Assembly: GCA_951406725.2 (NCBI GenBank) | Contig: OX597819.1 | Span: 113,026,001 to 113,090,000 of the forward strand | Length of the DNA stretch: 64,000 nt | Source of the DNA: Octopus vulgaris | Lineage: Eukaryota | Direction of reading: 5' to 3' | Shown: positions 58,719-64,000 of the stretch, piece by piece | Numbering within the stretch: the stretch's first letter is position 1 | Layout of the letters: each line of letters begins with the position of its first letter | The notes under the pieces: generated by a model | Databases searched by the model: none | What the model was told of the DNA's origin: nothing | The model's input: only the letters and a program-made list of their open reading frames with translations | Translations under genes and position numbers: made by a program

Positions 58719-58912
58719 CTGAATATATGCTGTGTTGAGCAAGAGAGATAGAATGATACTGATATAAGGGATTGGAGTTTGAAATTTGAGAATTGGTTTT
58801 TCAATGTTCAGCTATCAAATATAAATTTCTTATTTTTGGCGATAGGGACGACAATTTCCAATATTGCATGCACACGCGCGAACATACATACATACACATA
58901 CATATTAAGGAT

Positions 58913-58974
<62 letters not shown>

Positions 58975-58978
<4 letters not shown>

Positions 58979-59258
58979 AAAATAAGCAACAAGAATGACT
59001 CTGGTAATTTGGTACAATTGTTTCGCACTACACCATTTTATTAAAAGCTGTAAGTATTACACCAGATTTAAATCTGCTGTAATACTTACAACTTTTAATA
59101 AAATGGTGTAGTGCGAAACAATTGTACCAAATTACCGGAGTCCTTCTTGTTGCTTATTTTTGATTATAACCACTCCGCAAATTGTTATGGGTAACACCAT
59201 ACAAAATTCTGGTGCATCTAAATTAAGTCCCATATTCATTTGAATCTAAATTGTTGCT

Positions 59259-59265
<7 letters not shown>
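58975..59265 (+). mobile_element. Penelope-type terminal fragment with about 95-bp-arm spacerless palindrome (58975-59164)
   Basis: Centre CAGATTT|AAATCTG at 59069/59070; contains GAAAC AATT GTA; tail homologous to 44968-45050. Confidence 0.75.
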
Positions 59266-59338
<73 letters not shown>

Positions 59339-59728
59339 AGAGAGAGAGAGGCTCATATGCCTTGTTTTTAATAAAAGCAAATATATGTTTGTATGCACGT
59401 GTTTGTGTGTAATCATGCGCACACATACACATACACACACATACACGCATGCACATATATATATATATATATACGGCTATACTGGGGCACTGCCTTGAAT
59501 AATTTTATTTTTTATGAAGCTTAGTACTTATTCTATCGATCCTAGTACGAGGACGTAAACACATCAACATCGGTTGTCAAGCGGTGGTTGGAGAAAAACA
59601 CAGACAATGACACGCGTAGATATACACACACACATACACTATCACTCACACAATCACGCTCTCACACATACACATATACACATATATTCATATATATCAG
59701 TGTATATGTGTTTGTTTTATTTAATTTT

Positions 59729-59961
59729 AAACTGAACCTCGATTGCATAAATTTCATCAGTCTAGGGAGATCTATGAAGGGCTATGGCCTCATTCTTCCC
59801 TACTTATACTGAAATATATCAACTAAAATACCTGTAATCAAATCTGTGTGTGTGTCTGTGTGTGTGTTCGCGCGTATATATATAGAGAGAAAGGGGGAGA
59901 TAGGTTGGGGAGAGAGAGAGGTGAGGAGAGAGAGAGGGTGGGGAGAGGGAGAGACAGAAAC

Positions 59962-60034
<73 letters not shown>

Positions 60035-60185
60035 TAGATATATGCACACAGATGTGCGCGCAAATATTTTAATTTGTCTACAGATATTCGATAACATATA
60101 TTCCAATATAAGGAGGGGGAATGATTTCATGTAGCCCTTCATAGATCTTCCAAGATGATAAAGTTTATATAATCCGGTTTAGTTT
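59729..60185. repeat. Diverged inverted repeats of about 108 bp around a microsatellite spacer
   Basis: AGATCTATGAAGGGCTA / TAGCCCTTCATAGATCT core with extended partial pairing. Confidence 0.7.
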
Positions 60186-60849
60186 GAAATAAAATCTAAA
60201 CTCTTACACACTGACATGCAAACGCACACACATGCATATATACATATATGCATGCAAACATACGTATATACATACATACATGCAAGCATACATACATACA
60301 TGCATGCATACATACATGCATACATACATACATACATGCATGCATACATACATACTTGCATGCATGCACGCATACATACATAATGCATGCATGCATACAT
60401 ACATACATACATACATGCATGCATGCATACATACATACATGCATACATGCATACATACATACGTGCATGCATACATACATACATACATACATACATGCAT
60501 GCATGCATGCATACATACATGCATACATGTATGCATGCGTGCATACATACATAATGCATGCATGCATACATACATACATACATACATACATGCATGCATG
60601 CATACATACATACATACATACATACATACATACATGCAAGCATGCATGCATGTATGCATGCATAATACATACATACAAACATACATACATGCATGCATGC
60701 ATGCATACATACATACATACATACATATATACATACATGCATGCATGCATGCATGCATGCATACATACATACATACATACATACATGCATGCATGCATGC
60801 ATGCATACATACATACATACATACATACATGCATGCATACATACATACC

Positions 60850-61290
60850 TAAATTCCTCATATGCTGTCAAAGATTCTGGTATTTGACACATGTCCATTC
60901 AAAGGTTTCATCGTACCCTTCCACCTTTCACACCGCAAAAATACATATGGTCTCAGAGTTGTCCGGACAACCAAAGAAGACCGCAATTTTTCCCACAGAT
61001 CTGCTTTCACACCCCATTATTGAGCCCTTTGTGGTAAAAAACTTCTTTTGCTGTCAACCCTGGCTTGTTTTGCACCCTGACACGATGTGCGCCAGGGTGA
61101 AGTTTCTCCACAGGCCTACACAGCTAGTCCACTTTTTACCCCATCTGTGCAAATTTGGCTTTGCGAGTGTGTCACGCTGAGGAGATGCAGAAAGGTTCTA
61201 GTCTCCACAGATCTTCCCACAAGACCTTCCTTTTAAAAAGCTCTCATTTAATTCAGGCTCCCTGGGATACTGGCGCTAGAGCTATTAACC
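60850..61290 (-). mobile_element. HERO-type RLE non-LTR retrotransposon relic
   Basis: WEDLWRLEPF..NLHRWG..TLAHIVSGCKT..KADL..TTLRP..KYQ.L, with frameshifts and deletions. Confidence 0.75.
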
Positions 61291-61562
61291 TTCTTACTTT
61301 ATCTTGCGGGTAGTATTTCTACCTCGATCAAAGCCTACATTTTCTTAGTATTTAACTTTTTCTACAGTTCGAAATGGAAAGAACCAAGGCACTTCCGCCC
61401 TGTGCAAGTATTTCCAATGACGTCCCGTCCCTAAATCGTGCCAATGAACGAAATTGTTGATCCGTCAATCATTCTGCCACTTCCGCAGGTTAAATTTCAT
61501 ACAGATACATAAATAGATAGATATATACATAGATAGATATGCATATATACTTACATACTTAT

Positions 61563-61624
<62 letters not shown>

Positions 61625-61649
61625 GATGAGAGAGAGAGAGAGAGGGAGT

Positions 61650-61753
61650 AATAAGAAAATGGAGGGGATCAATAAGTGATTCATCAACTTTTAGACATAA
61701 GATAATGTCTAAAAGTTGATGAACCACCTATTGATCCTCTCCGTTTTATTATT
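61650..61753. repeat. 49-bp-arm hairpin with 6-nt loop
   Basis: ..TTCATCAACTTTTAGACAT aagata ATGTCTAAAAGTTGATGAA.. Confidence 0.85.
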
Positions 61754-61879
61754 GCTCTATAAATTAATGGTCGCCGTTAAGGGCTATGAAACTTTAAGTA
61801 GCACAAAATCCGAAACAAACTCTTTTAAACAATATATATATATATATATATATGTACATTCATGCATATATATAAATGT

Positions 61880-61928
<49 letters not shown>

Positions 61929-62172
61929 CTCAGACATGCAAATGACTATTTCCATAAATATAATGTAGAAAAGCATACGTATATAGAATACTATTTTTAG
62001 GTCTGTTGCGATATTTTAGTAAAGTGGTTTTCTCTGAATATATAAATACACACGACAAGTGTAAAAATAGAAAAGGTATGCTGCTTCATAAGCAAATATT
62101 AATATTAATGATGCTCAAATGCACATGTGCAATCCACACTGGCTATAAATAGCGAACACACGTCACTATTGA

Positions 62173-62248
<76 letters not shown>

Positions 62249-62486
62249 TGTCGGAATATTTGTCGTTTATGCGCGTGTGTATGTGTGTGCATACATAGGT
62301 ATGCCTGAGAATAGAGTTAAAAATATCTTTCCCCTTTACGTAAGAGCTAATTACTTTTCACATTCAATTGTTATTCTAAACTTAAATATATGATGGTGGA
62401 AGTCCGTATTATTAATAGAATCATATTTATCAGGAAAGACTTCACTGGCACTCTACACTTCACCTTAGCGGATAATAGACAGACAA

Positions 62487-62569
<83 letters not shown>

Positions 62570-62670
62570 CAGAGAGAGACAGAGAGAGAGAGAGAGAGAG
62601 CGCGCGCAGTGGTGATGGATAGATAGAAAGATAAATAGATAGGTAGACAGATAAAAATAAATAGATAGAC

Positions 62671-62733
<63 letters not shown>

Positions 62734-62749
62734 GGGGTTTGATGGATAG

Positions 62750-62855
62750 ATAGATAGAGGGGTTGATGGATAGATAGATAGACAGATAGATGATACATTT
62801 ATAGTTTATTATTTGTTTATATTTTTATTACTGTGTTGCTTTTTCGTTTTCTTTT
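62750..62855. repeat. (GATA)n-associated dispersed repeat; inverted copy at 49390-49490
   Basis: TTTATAGTTTATTATTTGTTTATATTTTTATTACTGT and GAGGGGTTGATGGATAG shared. Confidence 0.8.
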
Positions 62856-62865
62856 ATGGGGGATA

Positions 62866-62901
<36 letters not shown>

Positions 62902-63217
62902 TGTGTCTCTGTGTGTGTGCGCGCGCGCGTTATCGTTCAGTCTATTGACCCTCGTCTTTTTTGTTCTCGTCTCATCTTGTCCCTCATGTCCGCTCACTTA
63001 TACCCCAGCAGCGATTTGCTGTTGACGCTACCAAAATGAGTAATATCGTCGATAAAGCGTCGAAACTGCGAGGATTTTTGGTCGGTAGCTGATAAGGGAT
63101 GATAGTATCCACCTCCTATGTGTGTGTGTTTTCCTAATTTCCGTATGTTCCGTCATTAGACTGCAGCCATGCTGAGGCACCGCCTTGAAGATATATATAT
63201 ATATATATATATATATA

Positions 63218-64000
63218 CGAGGGACGTTCAATAAGTAATGCCCCTGACCCCCTTGCATTTGTTTGATCTAGCTGAATATATCTATAGATTAAGTGGCAAA
63301 TTATAGCTCTGAACTAATTGTGCTTTCTGATTTACAGGTGTTTGAACTGAGTCAAGTGTGAAATGGAGTTTGTTGAGTGCCGAGCAGTGATCAGGTTTTA
63401 GTATTTGAAAGGACGCACACCACGGGAGACTTTTGATGAAATGAAAGTAACTTATGGTGATGATGCCCCATCATATGACATTGTAAAACGCTGGCATCGT
63501 GAATTCAAACATGGCCGGAACTCTGTGGAAACAGCTCCCAGATCTGGTCGCCCCCCTTCTGCCATTGATGAGGCATCTGTCCGTCAAGTTGAGGCTGCCA
63601 TTTTGGAAGATCGACGCATAACTATTCGCCAAGTAGCCTATGAGGTCAAGATTAGTATCGGGTCTGTGGAAACTATCATTCATGACCATTTGCATATGCA
63701 AAAGGTGTCTGCCAGATGGATTCCCAGATTGCTCACACCTTTCCAGAAGCAAGAACGCGTCGAGTGCTCGAGGATGAATTTGGAGATGTGCCAAGAAGAT
63801 GAGTCAAAATTTTTCAAAAGACTGATTACACAGGATGAAACCTGGGTCCATCACTATGATCCAGAGACCAAAGCCCAGTGAATGCAGTGGAAGCACCGTG
63901 ATTCACCTCCTCCAAAGAAGGCAAGGGTGCAGTCCTCCGCTGGTAATGTCATGCTCACAGCCTTCTGGGACCAGGACGGAGTAGTGATGACAGATTTCCT
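63218..64000 (+). mobile_element. Mariner (irritans/Himar1-like) element with transposase pseudogene, running off the window
   Basis: TA then CGAGGGACGTTCAATAAG terminus; ATG 63363; in-frame stops at 63399 and 63879; RSGRP, WIPRLL, DETWVHHY, SAG.VM..FWD. Confidence 0.93.

Overview
AT-rich, repeat-saturated eukaryotic DNA with no recognisable host protein-coding gene. Nearly all ORFs in the track are microsatellite artefacts ((TA)n, (CA)n, (ATAC)n, (TAA)n, (GATA)n). The repeat families resemble coleoid cephalopod (Octopus-like) intronic or intergenic DNA; this is an inference from memory, not a search result. Content: four tRNA-headed SINE families in many copies; a clean 5'-truncated R4/Dong-type RLE LINE in a (TAA)n array with two other inserts; relics of Penelope-like (GIY-YIG), HERO, RTE and CR1/L2-type retroelements; several mariner relics, one Tigger and one hAT transposase relic; several MITEs. 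The strongest signal not explained by the ORF track is about ten hammerhead-ribozyme motifs from several families, one with an intact core at 12632-12706. With them occur many fold-back palindromes beside (TA)n tracts, some built from the same ribozyme-bearing repeats. All assignments were made by eye and coordinates of degenerate elements are approximate.
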